NCBI GenBank assembly: GCA_945897715.1
Contig: CAMDFS010000003.1
Location: 1-39,249, forward strand
DNA: 39,249 bases
Source: Chlamydia trachomatis
GTDB lineage: Bacteria > Chlamydiota > Chlamydiia > Chlamydiales > 2-12-FULL-49-11
Direction: 5' to 3'
The notes beneath the pieces are model-generated. The model saw only the letters and a list, made by a program, of their open reading frames with translations, was not told the origin of the DNA and did no database searches. Below, piece by piece: positions 9,320 through 19,500 of this stretch (the first letter of the stretch is position 1; each line of letters begins with the position of its first letter). The position numbers were made by a program, and so were the translations under genes.

Positions 9320-9758
9320 CTTGCATGATCACATGGGCTTTAGGCCTATTGTATCCACCAAAAAGGAGCAACACACCCCCAAAAATAGAAATACTTTTTA
9401 AAAAAAGTACTAAATTGTAGGCCATCTGCTCCCCTTCGTAAAACCAAAATGGGAAGTACACAAGAGTTGAGCCCACAATATAGAGCGAAAGGAAAAATCC
9501 CCCCAATTTTACTTGATAGCCAAAAAAAACCATCAAGCCACCCACTACCTGGAGGAAAATACCAAAACTTAGTAAAAGTGTAATATAGTAGGTAAGCAAG
9601 TCCAAAAAAGATCCTATTAACTGAATATTTCCTTTATACATTTGCCAATTCACAATAGCGGCATCAAGGTCAGTATAAGCAACATCCCAATTAAATATTG
9701 CTGAAACTCCAAATATAATAAAAATACTTGAAAGAAAAATTCTCCCTATTATTTTCAT
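9309..9758 (-). CDS. DoxX/SURF4-family membrane protein
   Basis: IGRIFLSSIFIIFG start, LQVVGGLMVFFG, FLKSISIFGGVLLL; four TM segments. Confidence 0.8.
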   Translation of the reverse strand: MKIIGRIFLSSIFIIFGVSAIFNWDVAYTDLDAAIVNWQMYKGNIQLIGSFLDLLTYYITLLLSFGIFLQVVGGLMVFFGYQVKLGGFFLSLYIVGSTLVYFPFWFYEGEQMAYNLVLFLKSISIFGGVLLLFGGYNRPKAHVIMQDDI

Positions 9759-9803
9759 ACCACTCCCTCTTTTACCCTTTTTATATCTTAAAATCCTTTA
9801 AAT

Positions 9804-9812
9804 TGGTATACT
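9804..9812 (+). promoter_or_regulatory. extended -10 promoter TGGTATACT, 7 nt upstream of ATG
   Basis: TGnTATACT at 9804-9812, ATG at 9820, no SD in between. Confidence 0.5.
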
Positions 9813-9819
9813 TTTTGGC

Positions 9820-10950
9820 ATGTGGTCCCCATTTAGAAAAAAACATTTAGAATTAGTCCTTGAAAGTTCTTTGCGAGCAAAGACCTCCTTAGACCTTCAT
9901 ATGCATAAATATTTTACTACAAACCACAGTCTAGGCTCCAAGGATCGTCTCTGGATCAAGCAAGGGGTATATGAAATATTTAAATGGAAAGAACTACTCT
10001 CCACTTTCGGCGCAACAACTGCCAAAGAATTCACAGAAATCTATACAGGGGAAAATTCTCCAATAGGGCAAGAGCTCTCTCACCTCCCCTCACATGTACA
10101 GGTAAGCTTCCCTAAATGGCTCATGAAAAAAATTATTGATTCCCTAGGGTATGAAGCTGCGATGGAATTTTGTAAACTCAGCAACACAGAAGCCCCCGTC
10201 ACCATCCGAGTAAACACAGCAAGGTGCACAAGAGAAGAGTTCTTAAAAAAATACAAAGATGAGCTAGGGCTAATTGCCTGCATAAACGCTCCCAATGGAT
10301 TCAATTTAGAGAAAAGGGCACAATTTAAGTCTATGGAAGACTTTCAAAAGGGATTTTTTGAACCCCAAGATGAAGCCTCCCAACTCATTGCTAAATATGT
10401 TGCGGCAAAAAAAGATCAACATATTTTAGATTATTGTGCAGGAAGCGGTGGAAAAGCTTTAGCCTTTGCTCCAGACATGTTAGGCAAAGGGCAAATTCAT
10501 CTCCATGATATTAGAGAAAAACCTCTTATTGATGCAAAAAAGCGCTTAAAACGCGCAGGCATACAAAACTTTCAGATCTATTCTGAAGGAGAAAAAAGAC
10601 TGAAAGGTTTAATCGGAAACATGGACACAGTGCTTGTCGATGCTCCTTGCTCATGTACAGGGACCTTAAGAAGGCGTCCAGATCAAAAATGGATTTTAAC
10701 TGAGGCATTTATTGACGATATCACCAAAACGCAAAGAGATATTGTAATCAAAGCAATCCCCTATTTAAAAAAAGGGGGGCTATTGATCTATGCCACTTGC
10801 AGCATCCTTAAACAAGAAAATCAAGATCAGACAGCATTTTTTAAAGAAAGAGATGACCTAACGTTTCTTTCTGAGCATTACATCCCTTTAACTGTTGGTG
10901 GCAGTGATGCAATGTACCTTAGCCTCTTTCAAAAAAATTCACTTGTATAG
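9820..10950 (+). CDS. rsmB: RsmB/NOP (Sun/Fmu) family RNA m5C methyltransferase
   Basis: IRVNT, QDEASQL, LDYCAGSGGK, LVDAPCS and YATCS motifs. Confidence 0.88.
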   Translation: MWSPFRKKHLELVLESSLRAKTSLDLHMHKYFTTNHSLGSKDRLWIKQGVYEIFKWKELLSTFGATTAKEFTEIYTGENSPIGQELSHLPSHVQVSFPKWLMKKIIDSLGYEAAMEFCKLSNTEAPVTIRVNTARCTREEFLKKYKDELGLIACINAPNGFNLEKRAQFKSMEDFQKGFFEPQDEASQLIAKYVAAKKDQHILDYCAGSGGKALAFAPDMLGKGQIHLHDIREKPLIDAKKRLKRAGIQNFQIYSEGEKRLKGLIGNMDTVLVDAPCSCTGTLRRRPDQKWILTEAFIDDITKTQRDIVIKAIPYLKKGGLLIYATCSILKQENQDQTAFFKERDDLTFLSEHYIPLTVGGSDAMYLSLFQKNSLV

Positions 10951-10971
10951 AATACCGTTTTCCACTAGTAT
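10943..10971 (+). promoter_or_regulatory. putative sigma66 promoter TTGTAT-N17-TAGTAT
   Basis: -35 at 10943-10948, -10 at 10966-10971, ATG at 10979 (7-nt gap). Confidence 0.5.
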
Positions 10972-10978
10972 AAAAGCC

Positions 10979-12004
10979 ATGAAAATTCTTCCCTTTAAGT
11001 CTTCTTTTCTTATCGCCCTCATCGCTGTAACTTCTATGTATGGTGCAGCAATCCAGACAAACAATCAGGTTCTTGTAAAAATTGGGACCAAAGCAATCAC
11101 AGTATTGGATATAAAAAGAGAAATGGATAGGCAGATTTATTTGCAAAATCCTCAAATGTTTGATGATGCAACAGCAATCTGTGGGTTCTACTACAAAAAT
11201 TGGAAAAACACCTTACAAAAGATCACACAAGATGAGGTTTTCTTACTTGTTGCTGACCATTTGAAATATGTAATTCCTGCCCCAGATATTACTCAAAAGG
11301 TGGCACAATTATTTGGTGACAACGAGTTTGAAACATACAAGTTTCTTTCCATAACCATAGAACAAGCTCGGGAAATGGCAAAACGTGATCTCTATTCAGC
11401 ACACCTTGCATGGTTCAGTATTTGGAGCAAAGCATTATCGGAAGCAACTCCAAAAACCATTCTTGGTGCATACACAAATCACGTCAAAGATCTTGCTAAA
11501 AAAGATACCTGGACCTATCAGGCATTGTACTTAAGTAGCAGAGATGAAAAACTTCTCGAAAATACCACTTCCTCTATCTCAACTTTACTAAAAGAGGGGA
11601 AATATGAAAATCTTGCCCTAATCCTTGACCAGGTAAAAAATAGCGACGAAAAAGTACAAATAGGCCTATCAAAGGATATTACTTTAAAAACAAATGAGAT
11701 ATCTCCTAACTTATTAGCAGTTCTAGAAAACCTTGAAGAAGGAATGACCTCAGAAGTAGTCTCTGGAAGTAGAAATGGAATTTTTACTGGGAAAATCTTG
11801 CAGCTTAAAAAGCATACAAAAGAAAACATCCCCACCCTTGCCACTGTAAGCGAAGGGTTGAAGAGCACTATCGTTAATACTATTGCTGAGCAAATCACAA
11901 AAGAGCGCTTTACTGCATTATATAAACAATACGATGTACAAGGCCTCTTTGGTAATGAGCTTTTTGACAGCAAACTCGAACCATTCTCTCTACAAGATGA
12001 GTAA
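10979..12004 (+). CDS. exported SurA-like chaperone (SurA N-domain/parvulin-like)
   Basis: Signal peptide MKILPFKSSFLIALIAVTSMYG; NNQVLVKIGTKAITVLDIKREM resembles the SurA N-domain start; LENLEEGMTSEVV resembles a parvulin C-terminus; directly upstream of ksgA. Confidence 0.6.
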   Translation: MKILPFKSSFLIALIAVTSMYGAAIQTNNQVLVKIGTKAITVLDIKREMDRQIYLQNPQMFDDATAICGFYYKNWKNTLQKITQDEVFLLVADHLKYVIPAPDITQKVAQLFGDNEFETYKFLSITIEQAREMAKRDLYSAHLAWFSIWSKALSEATPKTILGAYTNHVKDLAKKDTWTYQALYLSSRDEKLLENTTSSISTLLKEGKYENLALILDQVKNSDEKVQIGLSKDITLKTNEISPNLLAVLENLEEGMTSEVVSGSRNGIFTGKILQLKKHTKENIPTLATVSEGLKSTIVNTIAEQITKERFTALYKQYDVQGLFGNELFDSKLEPFSLQDE

Positions 12005-12857
12005 ATTCCAGCCCACAAAAATTTCCATTATAAAAAAAATATGGGAAGAAGAGGGCTTTGCATTAAAAAAATCTTTATCCCAAAATTTTCTTATCGATCA
12101 AAATATTGTCGAAAAAATCCTCAATTCTGCTGAAATATCAAAAGGCGATACAGTTTTAGAAATTGGTCCAGGAACAGGTGCCCTAACAGTAAGTATGTTA
12201 GAGCGTGGCGCAACAGTACATGCAATAGAAATTGATTCCCTCGCCTCAAAGATTTTAACAAAATATCTTGGGGAAGAAAAACATTTCCATCTTATTAATG
12301 CCGATGTATTAAAAGTAGACTTTTCTTTCCTCCCTCCAGGGACAAAGGTTGTATCAAACTTACCCTATCACATCACCTCCCCTATCATCGCTAAAATTGC
12401 TGAGAAGCACCATCTCTTTACTGAAGTAATCCTAATGGTCCAAAAAGAGATGGCAGAAAGAATTATGGCAAAGGCTCCGTCAAAAAATAGAAGTTCATTC
12501 TCTATTTTCACCAGCTTCTATTTCGAGAAAAAATCCCTCTTTGTTGTAAAACCCTCTTGTTTCACCCCCTCTCCAAAAGTAGATTCAGTGATCATCTCTT
12601 TAAAACCTAAGCAAGAACTCCCATTAGTAAATCCCGAGCCTTTCTTTCGCTTTGTTAGGAGAGCTTTTTCACAGAAACGAAAAATGTTAACAAGTGTTCT
12701 TAAAAATTTAGAGATCAAAGAGTCATTACACTCCCTTGGATTGAACGAAAAGGCCAGGCCTGAGGATCTTTCCACCAAAGAATTTATAGCCCTATACAAC
12801 CTTGCGTCTACGCTTTGGAATGCACAAGAAAATAATGACGATCCCAATAAATGTTAA
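11997..12857 (+). CDS. rsmA: 16S rRNA m6,2A dimethyltransferase KsgA
   Basis: KKSLSQNFL, LEIGPGTGALT, VSNLPYHI, MVQKEMAERI, FTPSPKVDS, AFSQKRK; start at ATG 11997 overlapping the upstream gene end. Confidence 0.96.
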   Translation: MSKFQPTKISIIKKIWEEEGFALKKSLSQNFLIDQNIVEKILNSAEISKGDTVLEIGPGTGALTVSMLERGATVHAIEIDSLASKILTKYLGEEKHFHLINADVLKVDFSFLPPGTKVVSNLPYHITSPIIAKIAEKHHLFTEVILMVQKEMAERIMAKAPSKNRSSFSIFTSFYFEKKSLFVVKPSCFTPSPKVDSVIISLKPKQELPLVNPEPFFRFVRRAFSQKRKMLTSVLKNLEIKESLHSLGLNEKARPEDLSTKEFIALYNLASTLWNAQENNDDPNKC

Positions 12858-14057
12858 AAACGGGTGACTTGCAGTGAGTTTAATGAAGGCATTAATTGCA
12901 AGCCTCACTTGATAGCTCAATTTATACCCAATTGACTCATCAGAAAAAAGCTCATATTGAGCAATAGGATCCCCCTCATCATTATAGACATCTAAAGTAG
13001 CAACAAGAGCATCTGCAGATATCGGCCTATCAAATTCATGCCAATTTACCTCCGCAACAACCTCTCCTTCTTCTGATGGATAGAACTCTAAAATACAATC
13101 CTCGTGAAGCTTCGCAACAAGGTTCTTTGCTGCCCAGGGCAATACAAAAGAAAATGAAGAATCCTTTTTATTAAAAAGGACACGGCTCTGTTTTTTTTCC
13201 TCAAAAGCTGCAGTAAAAATTTTACGGCAATCTTCATAAAGCTTCAACCGATTCTCTGCCTTATTCACAACCACAATCACAAGGCGACCATCTTTTTCTC
13301 CGACACTTGCGATATTACATTTAGCCTCTCGATGATACCCTGTCTTTCCTCCAATAACATAAGGAAGGTAATGCTTGCTATTAGGGCGGATCAACCCATT
13401 AGAATTTTTTATAATTCTCGAAGGTGACCTATTTGTCTTTGGGATTTCATATTCAGCAGTTGAGATAAGCTTTCGAAGCATTGGGTAAGAAATAGCACGC
13501 TGCAAAATAAGGGCAAGATCATAGGGACTTGTCACATGATCAGGGTGATGTAGACCATGAGGATTAAGAAAATGTGTGTTTTTACACCCTATCCCCCTAA
13601 GATAGCTATTTAACTTAAACATAAAGTCAGGGATAGAATCAAAATACAATGAAGCTAAAACATTTGCTGCATCATTTGCAGATTTTACAATCAGGGCGTA
13701 AAGCAAACTCTCCATTGTAATACGCTCTCCAGGGCTTAAATAGAGCGTAACTCCATCATTTTCAAGAAGATAAGGTGGCAGAGTAAATTTACTGGCAATC
13801 TTTTCCTTTTCAGAAACAACTTTTAATACCTCCTGGTTACACGTGATGATTAAATCCTTGTCGATATTACACTCTTCAATCAAATAAAGCGCTACAGCAA
13901 GCTTTGTGACACTGCCTGGAAAGATTTTTTGGTGCATATTCTTGCTGTACAAGACCCTCCCATTCTCTCCATTAATAGCACAAATATTTGAAGAACTTGT
14001 ACTAACAGAAAGGGAGGCTGCAAAAAGGGTAATAGGCAACAAAAAAAACGAAAGCAT
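12792..14057 (-). CDS. dacC: D-alanyl-D-alanine carboxypeptidase (peptidase S11, PBP6-like)
   Basis: SxxK (GSVTK), SxN (SAND), HFLNPHGL and KTG motifs, C-terminal TM anchor; start at MLSFFLL (14057), ORF track extends to 14183. Confidence 0.9.
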   Translation of the reverse strand: MLSFFLLPITLFAASLSVSTSSSNICAINGENGRVLYSKNMHQKIFPGSVTKLAVALYLIEECNIDKDLIITCNQEVLKVVSEKEKIASKFTLPPYLLENDGVTLYLSPGERITMESLLYALIVKSANDAANVLASLYFDSIPDFMFKLNSYLRGIGCKNTHFLNPHGLHHPDHVTSPYDLALILQRAISYPMLRKLISTAEYEIPKTNRSPSRIIKNSNGLIRPNSKHYLPYVIGGKTGYHREAKCNIASVGEKDGRLVIVVVNKAENRLKLYEDCRKIFTAAFEEKKQSRVLFNKKDSSFSFVLPWAAKNLVAKLHEDCILEFYPSEEGEVVAEVNWHEFDRPISADALVATLDVYNDEGDPIAQYELFSDESIGYKLSYQVRLAINAFIKLTASHPFLTFIGIVIIFLCIPKRRRKVV

Positions 14058-14064
14058 ATCTTTT

Positions 14065-14093
14065 ATCGTATCGGTTAAAGCTATTAAACTCAA
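14065..14093 (-). promoter_or_regulatory. putative sigma66 promoter TTGAGT-N17-TACGAT
   Basis: Minus strand -35 at 14093-14088, -10 at 14070-14065, ATG at 14057 (7-nt gap). Confidence 0.55.
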
Positions 14094-14192
14094 GAAGTCT
14101 AAAAAAAAAATCAAAGAAATCAAAGAAAATAGTATCAATAAATTTCGCTGATGGCTATGTAGGAATTTATAGCATGCGCTCAAAAGGTTATC

Positions 14193-14624
14193 ATGATAAA
14201 ACCAGAAAAACTTGAAGAATATTATGAAAAATTTCTAGAGGATCCCACATACTGGGTTCAGGATGGAATTGTCGATATAAATCTTGAAATGCTTAAAGCA
14301 TGGGGGCTATTAAATCAATCTGAAGAGGAGGAAAAACTCCTTCAAGACCAATTCCCTTTCTATTTTCATGTTTTAGAGAATAATAGTAAGGTGACACTGT
14401 TCAATAATCAATTTATTGTCTGGATTGTCCCAGAGGTTATAAAAGACATCCCAAGCACAACGGTATTGATTGCGCTTATCAAAGAAGATGATCTCAAGCT
14501 AGAAATTGTGTATAATACAAGTGGGGTATATAATACTCCCAAATATGTACTCAAAACACTACGTCATTTCTTAACAGAAGTTATTGATACTGAAGAAGAG
14601 ATCTCGAGTTTTCTTAAGGGTTAA
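14193..14624 (+). CDS. conserved chlamydial hypothetical protein (CT550-like)
   Basis: FYFHVLE..KVTLFNNQFIVWIVP and SGVYNTPKYVLKTL pattern; located between dacC and rsbW as in Chlamydia. Confidence 0.8.
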   Translation: MIKPEKLEEYYEKFLEDPTYWVQDGIVDINLEMLKAWGLLNQSEEEEKLLQDQFPFYFHVLENNSKVTLFNNQFIVWIVPEVIKDIPSTTVLIALIKEDDLKLEIVYNTSGVYNTPKYVLKTLRHFLTEVIDTEEEISSFLKG

Positions 14625-15027
14625 TATTTTTTGTAAGTGTTAGGATATTTTTTTTATCGCTATAGCTATACTCTATTTTATCCACCAAATTTTTCATAAA
14701 ATGGATGCCAAGTCCGCCAATATTTTGTGATGATAAAGTTGTTGGGGTGATAAATTCTTCGTCGTTACAAGGATTGAAAGGTTTTCCTGAATCTTTTAAT
14801 ATAATAATTAGTTCCTGAGAATCATTTTTTATTTTGTATTCGATTTCAATCATCCCCTCAGGAGTTTGATAGGCATAAGAAATGATATTTACCGTAGCCT
14901 CTTCTAAAGCGAGCTCAAATTTTTTTGCGTGAGGGTGAGAAATCCCCGAAACTGTAAGAATTTTACGATAGTAATCCATGATTCGATCTAGATTAGAAAT
15001 GGAGGCAGGAAAGATTTGCTTTTCCAT
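14614..15027 (-). CDS. rsbW: anti-sigma factor / serine kinase RsbW
   Basis: HATPase_c motifs LALEEATVNIISYAY, DSGKPFNP, IGGLGIHFMKNLVD. Confidence 0.92.
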   Translation of the reverse strand: MEKQIFPASISNLDRIMDYYRKILTVSGISHPHAKKFELALEEATVNIISYAYQTPEGMIEIEYKIKNDSQELIIILKDSGKPFNPCNDEEFITPTTLSSQNIGGLGIHFMKNLVDKIEYSYSDKKNILTLTKNINP

Positions 15028-15037
15028 AGCAAGAGCC

Positions 15038-15649
15038 TTAAATTTTCTTCTTTACTTGAGTTTTTGCAAGGCGAGAAACAATTTTTTTTGCGAGCATTTC
15101 AAAAGCAGGTTCATAAGACTCTATTTCGGCCCCTTCTTCAGAATCTAATTGCCCTAGAGAATACTGCAATATACTCACATCTCCCACAAACGGGTCGTTG
15201 AACTCCAACGTACCAGGAACTGTCGGGTTGACAAAGTCATAAATACTATCTGCTTTTAAAAAAAAGGGTTCAATCACTGCAACACCAGATTTTGCATCGA
15301 CAAGCTCAACTTTAGCTACCATCTCTCTTTGCGCTTCTGTCGGGTAGAATACTTCTAGGTCTGCATTTGTTTTAGGGTTTCTATCCCACATGAAAGTAAT
15401 TTTAGAAGTTGCATCTTCAGTAATTGTTACAAGAAGCTTATATTTTGCCTTTCGGTCTTTGTACTGAATGGAGTTTGTAAATGACATCTCTCTAGCAATC
15501 TGATTTCTTAAAATCCCTCTAGGATCTTTCTTGATAACAGGGATTGTTGTTTCAATAACAGATGCACCATCGATATCAAGTTTTGCTATACCGTAGTTAC
15601 AAGAACTGCATAAGAGAACAAGAAGAGATACATATCCAACTTTTTTCAT
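15038..15649 (-). CDS. LptE-like lipoprotein (CT548-like)
   Basis: Lipoprotein-type signal (LLCSSC); ILQYSLGQLDSEEGA motif; between the bamD-like gene and rsbW. Confidence 0.65.
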   Translation of the reverse strand: MKKVGYVSLLVLLCSSCNYGIAKLDIDGASVIETTIPVIKKDPRGILRNQIAREMSFTNSIQYKDRKAKYKLLVTITEDATSKITFMWDRNPKTNADLEVFYPTEAQREMVAKVELVDAKSGVAVIEPFFLKADSIYDFVNPTVPGTLEFNDPFVGDVSILQYSLGQLDSEEGAEIESYEPAFEMLAKKIVSRLAKTQVKKKI

Positions 15650-16581
15650 TCCGCACCTATTAGAACAGATGTATCAGGACTCTGTTTTAGCTGCTTGAAA
15701 TTATCCAAATTATATGCCGCAATCTTTTGCACGGCTAAAGAGGCATATCTAGAACTTGGGTACTTAGCAACCAATGATTGCAAATACATGATTGCAGACT
15801 CAATCTTTTGCTTTTTATCAAAATAGAGAGCGCTTTTGTAGATATCTTCAGCATATAGATCAATAATATCTAATGCTGCCTCTTCCATCTCAATTTTTAG
15901 AGGACTTGATGGATAGGCTAATTCAAACCTCTTTTTATTCAAAAGAGCAAACTCATAACACTTTGGATCAAGATATTGCACTTTAATCTGCTGTTTATAG
16001 GCTTTCATAATTTGCACATACGATTCTTGAGCAAGAGGATTGTTTGAAAATCTTCGTATTAAGCTTGAATAGCCTTCAATACTTTCATCAAACTTATCAT
16101 CTTTTAAGTACATACAGGACTTTCTAAATAGCGCTTTAGCAGCAACATCACTTCTAGGAAGAGTCATAATTACTTCATCATATAGAAGATAAGCCTCTTG
16201 CCACATCGACTCAAGTCTTGGTAATGCTTGTACACCCCATAGATGTCCATAATACCCATTTTCAAACTTTTCAGCGATGAAATACTTATATTTTAAAGCT
16301 TCTTCAAAATATCTAGAGTTGCCATCTTTTTCAAGGAATTTGGTTAGATAATCATTTGAAACGCTTGGATCATCGAAATGGAAATACGCAACGGCGGTAA
16401 AAAATAGAACATCTTTAGAAAAGATCGATTCAGGATATTGCTTCAACATCAACGTGGAATTCGAGATAATCTTGTTCCAATTTTTATGTTGGTAATGCGC
16501 TTGTAGATTGGTAAAGTCTTCTTCTTCTGTTGCAAAAATTAATAGCGGAATACTAAATAGTGTCAGTAAATATTTTTTCAT
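15646..16581 (-). CDS. bamD: TPR protein, BamD/ComL-like outer membrane assembly factor (CT547-like)
   Basis: Signal peptide; repeated TPR caps (YPESIFS, RFSNNPLA, YPSSPL, KYPSSRYA); SAIMYLQSLV. Confidence 0.7.
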   Translation of the reverse strand: MKKYLLTLFSIPLLIFATEEEDFTNLQAHYQHKNWNKIISNSTLMLKQYPESIFSKDVLFFTAVAYFHFDDPSVSNDYLTKFLEKDGNSRYFEEALKYKYFIAEKFENGYYGHLWGVQALPRLESMWQEAYLLYDEVIMTLPRSDVAAKALFRKSCMYLKDDKFDESIEGYSSLIRRFSNNPLAQESYVQIMKAYKQQIKVQYLDPKCYEFALLNKKRFELAYPSSPLKIEMEEAALDIIDLYAEDIYKSALYFDKKQKIESAIMYLQSLVAKYPSSRYASLAVQKIAAYNLDNFKQLKQSPDTSVLIGAE

Positions 16582-16584
16582 ATG

Positions 16585-19500
16585 CTATGATGATACCTCC
16601 TCTTCTTCAATAATGTCAAGCACTGCATTTTGTGATTTAAAATATCCTTTCATTTCAACAGAAGGATCAACTCCTTTTGTTTCATCAATATAAATCTTAG
16701 CCATTTTTTGATCTTTTGAAATAAAATAGATTTCTAAAGGTCTAGGGCCTGGGAATTTTTTAATCATTGTTTTCAACAGTAAGACACTTTTCATCGTCAT
16801 CTTATCCATATCCATGTGTAATTTAATTGGGACCAACTGCTTTTGTTCCTTAATTTCATTATTTGTACGCTTTTTGACAAACCGAGAGGCTTTATTGTAG
16901 GCTGTCTCAATCTCTTTTTCCCTCTCTTGGATCTCTTCAAGCTTGAAGAGGTCTTTAGATGAAAGATGAAGAGTGCCCTCTTTGTCCTCAGTTGCTAAGA
17001 TTCCAATATATAAGGAGTTCTCCTCTAAAATAGGGGCAATTCGTTCGTAAAGATCAGGCCAAATAGGGAGGTCAAAGCGATGATAGTCATCACTTACAAC
17101 ACAAATAGCAAATTTCTTTTTCGTCCGTTGGGATATCCGTATATTTATTGAATCTATCACAAAAGGGACTTTAAAGACCTCTCCAGGGGCCCCCTCCATA
17201 ACTTCAGTAAAGTTTTTACATCCCAATTTATCTACAGCCTCTTTATAACTACCTAAAGGGTGTCCTGTAACATAAAACCCAAGGAGCTCTCTTTCATACT
17301 TAAGTTTCTCAAGAGTTTCAAACTCTTCGTCACTAGAGGAGCTAGAGCTTTTATTCTTTTCGATGGCATCATCGGTGAATAAATCCAAAATACCTTTCTT
17401 CTTCTCCTTCTTGGTTTTTGCAATGCGGTCAAAATTCTCCTGCAAATAAAGAAATAGCTGCTTTCTCTTCCACTCTGTGAAGTCAAAACAACCCGACAAG
17501 ATAAGGTTTTCAACCATTTTCTTCCCTACAGAAGAAAAGTCGACTCTTGTTAAAAAGTTTTCCAAAGAAGTGAACTTTTTATTTTTTCTCCTCTCTTCAG
17601 AAATCTCTAATACAACGCCTTCTCCAACTCCTTTTATAGCCGATAGCGCAAATCTAACTCCCACATCAGTAGCTACAAAATAAGGGTAAGATTGGTTTAT
17701 ATCAGGGGGTAAAATAGCTATGCCCATGCTATTTGCTTCTGCAATATGTTTGGAAACCTTAGAGATATCCTGCATATCAGAGGTCATCAATCCGGCAGTC
17801 CACTCATAGGGGAAGTTTGCCTTTAAATAGGCAGTCACGTAACTAATATATCCATATGCAGTTGCATGAGATTTGTTAAAACCATAGGAGGCAAACTTTT
17901 CTACTTTATTAAAGATAGCAATTGCCTGATCCTCATCTACCCCTTTTGCTTTTGCCCCTTCACGGAACTTTTCTCTCTGCCGGCTCATTTCACCATGGTC
18001 TTTTTTACCCATAGCTCGACGCAAAACATCACCCTCTCCCAAGCTGTAGCCAGCAAGAAGGGATGCAATCTGCATCACCTGTTCTTGGTAGACCATAATC
18101 CCATAGGTCTCTTTTAAAATATCAACAAGCCCTTTATGGTCATACTCAATTTTCTCCCTTCCATGCTTTCTATTAATGAAAGAGGGAATCATGTCCATAG
18201 GACCGGGTCTATATAAGGCGCCTACAGCAATAATTTCTTCAAAACAATCTACATGTAGCTGTCTAACTAAATCCTGCATCCCTGCAGACTCTAACTGAAA
18301 GACGCCAGAGGTTTTCCCCTGATTGAGAAGATCGAAGGTCTTTTTATCATGAAGGGATAGGTTCACCCAATCCAGCTCTATCCCTTTGTGCAAGGAAATT
18401 GCATCGACAGTTTTTTGAATAGAGGTTAATGTCTTTAAGCCCAAGAAGTCAATTTTTAACATCCCCACTTTTTCTACAGGCTTCATAGAAAATTGAGTCA
18501 CAAGTAAATCGGTATCTTTTGCATTACAGACAGGAATTACATCTGTTAAAGGCAACTCAGAGATAATCACTCCCGCAGCATGCACACCAGTGTTTCGGAC
18601 ACTTCCTTCTAATTTTTTTGCTAAATCAATGAGGATTTTGACATCTTTTTCTTCATTGACAAGACGCTGTAACTCTACATCAATTGCCAAAGCTTCATCA
18701 ATTGTCGCCCCCACCTCTTCAGGGATCAATTTTGCAATCGCATTCACTTTAGAAAGGGGCATATTCAACACTCTACCCACATCTTTGATTGCCATCTTTG
18801 CTTTCATCGTACCAAAGGTGATAATTTGCGCTACTTTATCACTACCATACTTTTCAATTGTATAGCGGATTACCTCGGAGCGACGCTCCATGCAGATATC
18901 GACGTCGATATCGGGATAAGATATCCTTTCCGGGTTAATAAATCGCTCAAAGAAAAGATCAAAGCCCAAAGGCTCAATATCTGTGATCCCTACCAAGTAG
19001 AGGATGATTGAACCAGCTCCTGATCCCCTTCCCGGGCCAACAGGGATTTTATTTCCTTTCGCCCAATGGATAAAATCATATACGATTAGCAAATAATCGC
19101 TCATCCCTTTAGAAATAATAATCTCAAGTTCATAGGCTAAGCGATGATCAATAATTTCCCAAGGATCCTTGCCAGGGTATTTTTCCTGTACACGAAAAAG
19201 CTCCTCTTTCTGATAACGTTTTTTGATACCTTCATGGCACAACTTCCTTAAAAAAGCATTTGCCTCAACTAATCTCTCTTCAGGGAGTAACTGCTGTCCT
19301 ATAAGGTGAGGGGGGGTGTAGACAGGGTAGTGCTTCTGCTCAAAATCAAACTCAAGATTGCAGAGGTCGGCGATACGATTTGTGTTTTCTACCTCCTCCT
19401 CTAAGCCTTCATAACGCGCTTTTATCTCTTCTTTTGAAGGGAAAAATAAATTATAACTACTAGCAATTTTCCTTTTTGGGTTTTTATACATGCTAGATGC

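Noticed and set aside
14058-14183. N-terminal extension of dacC in the ORF track (likewise uhpC to 21678, uppS to 31552, ksgA from 11883, SurA-like from 10895)
   Set aside because: Promoter and RBS positions, signal peptides or overlap with the upstream gene favour the downstream ATGs.
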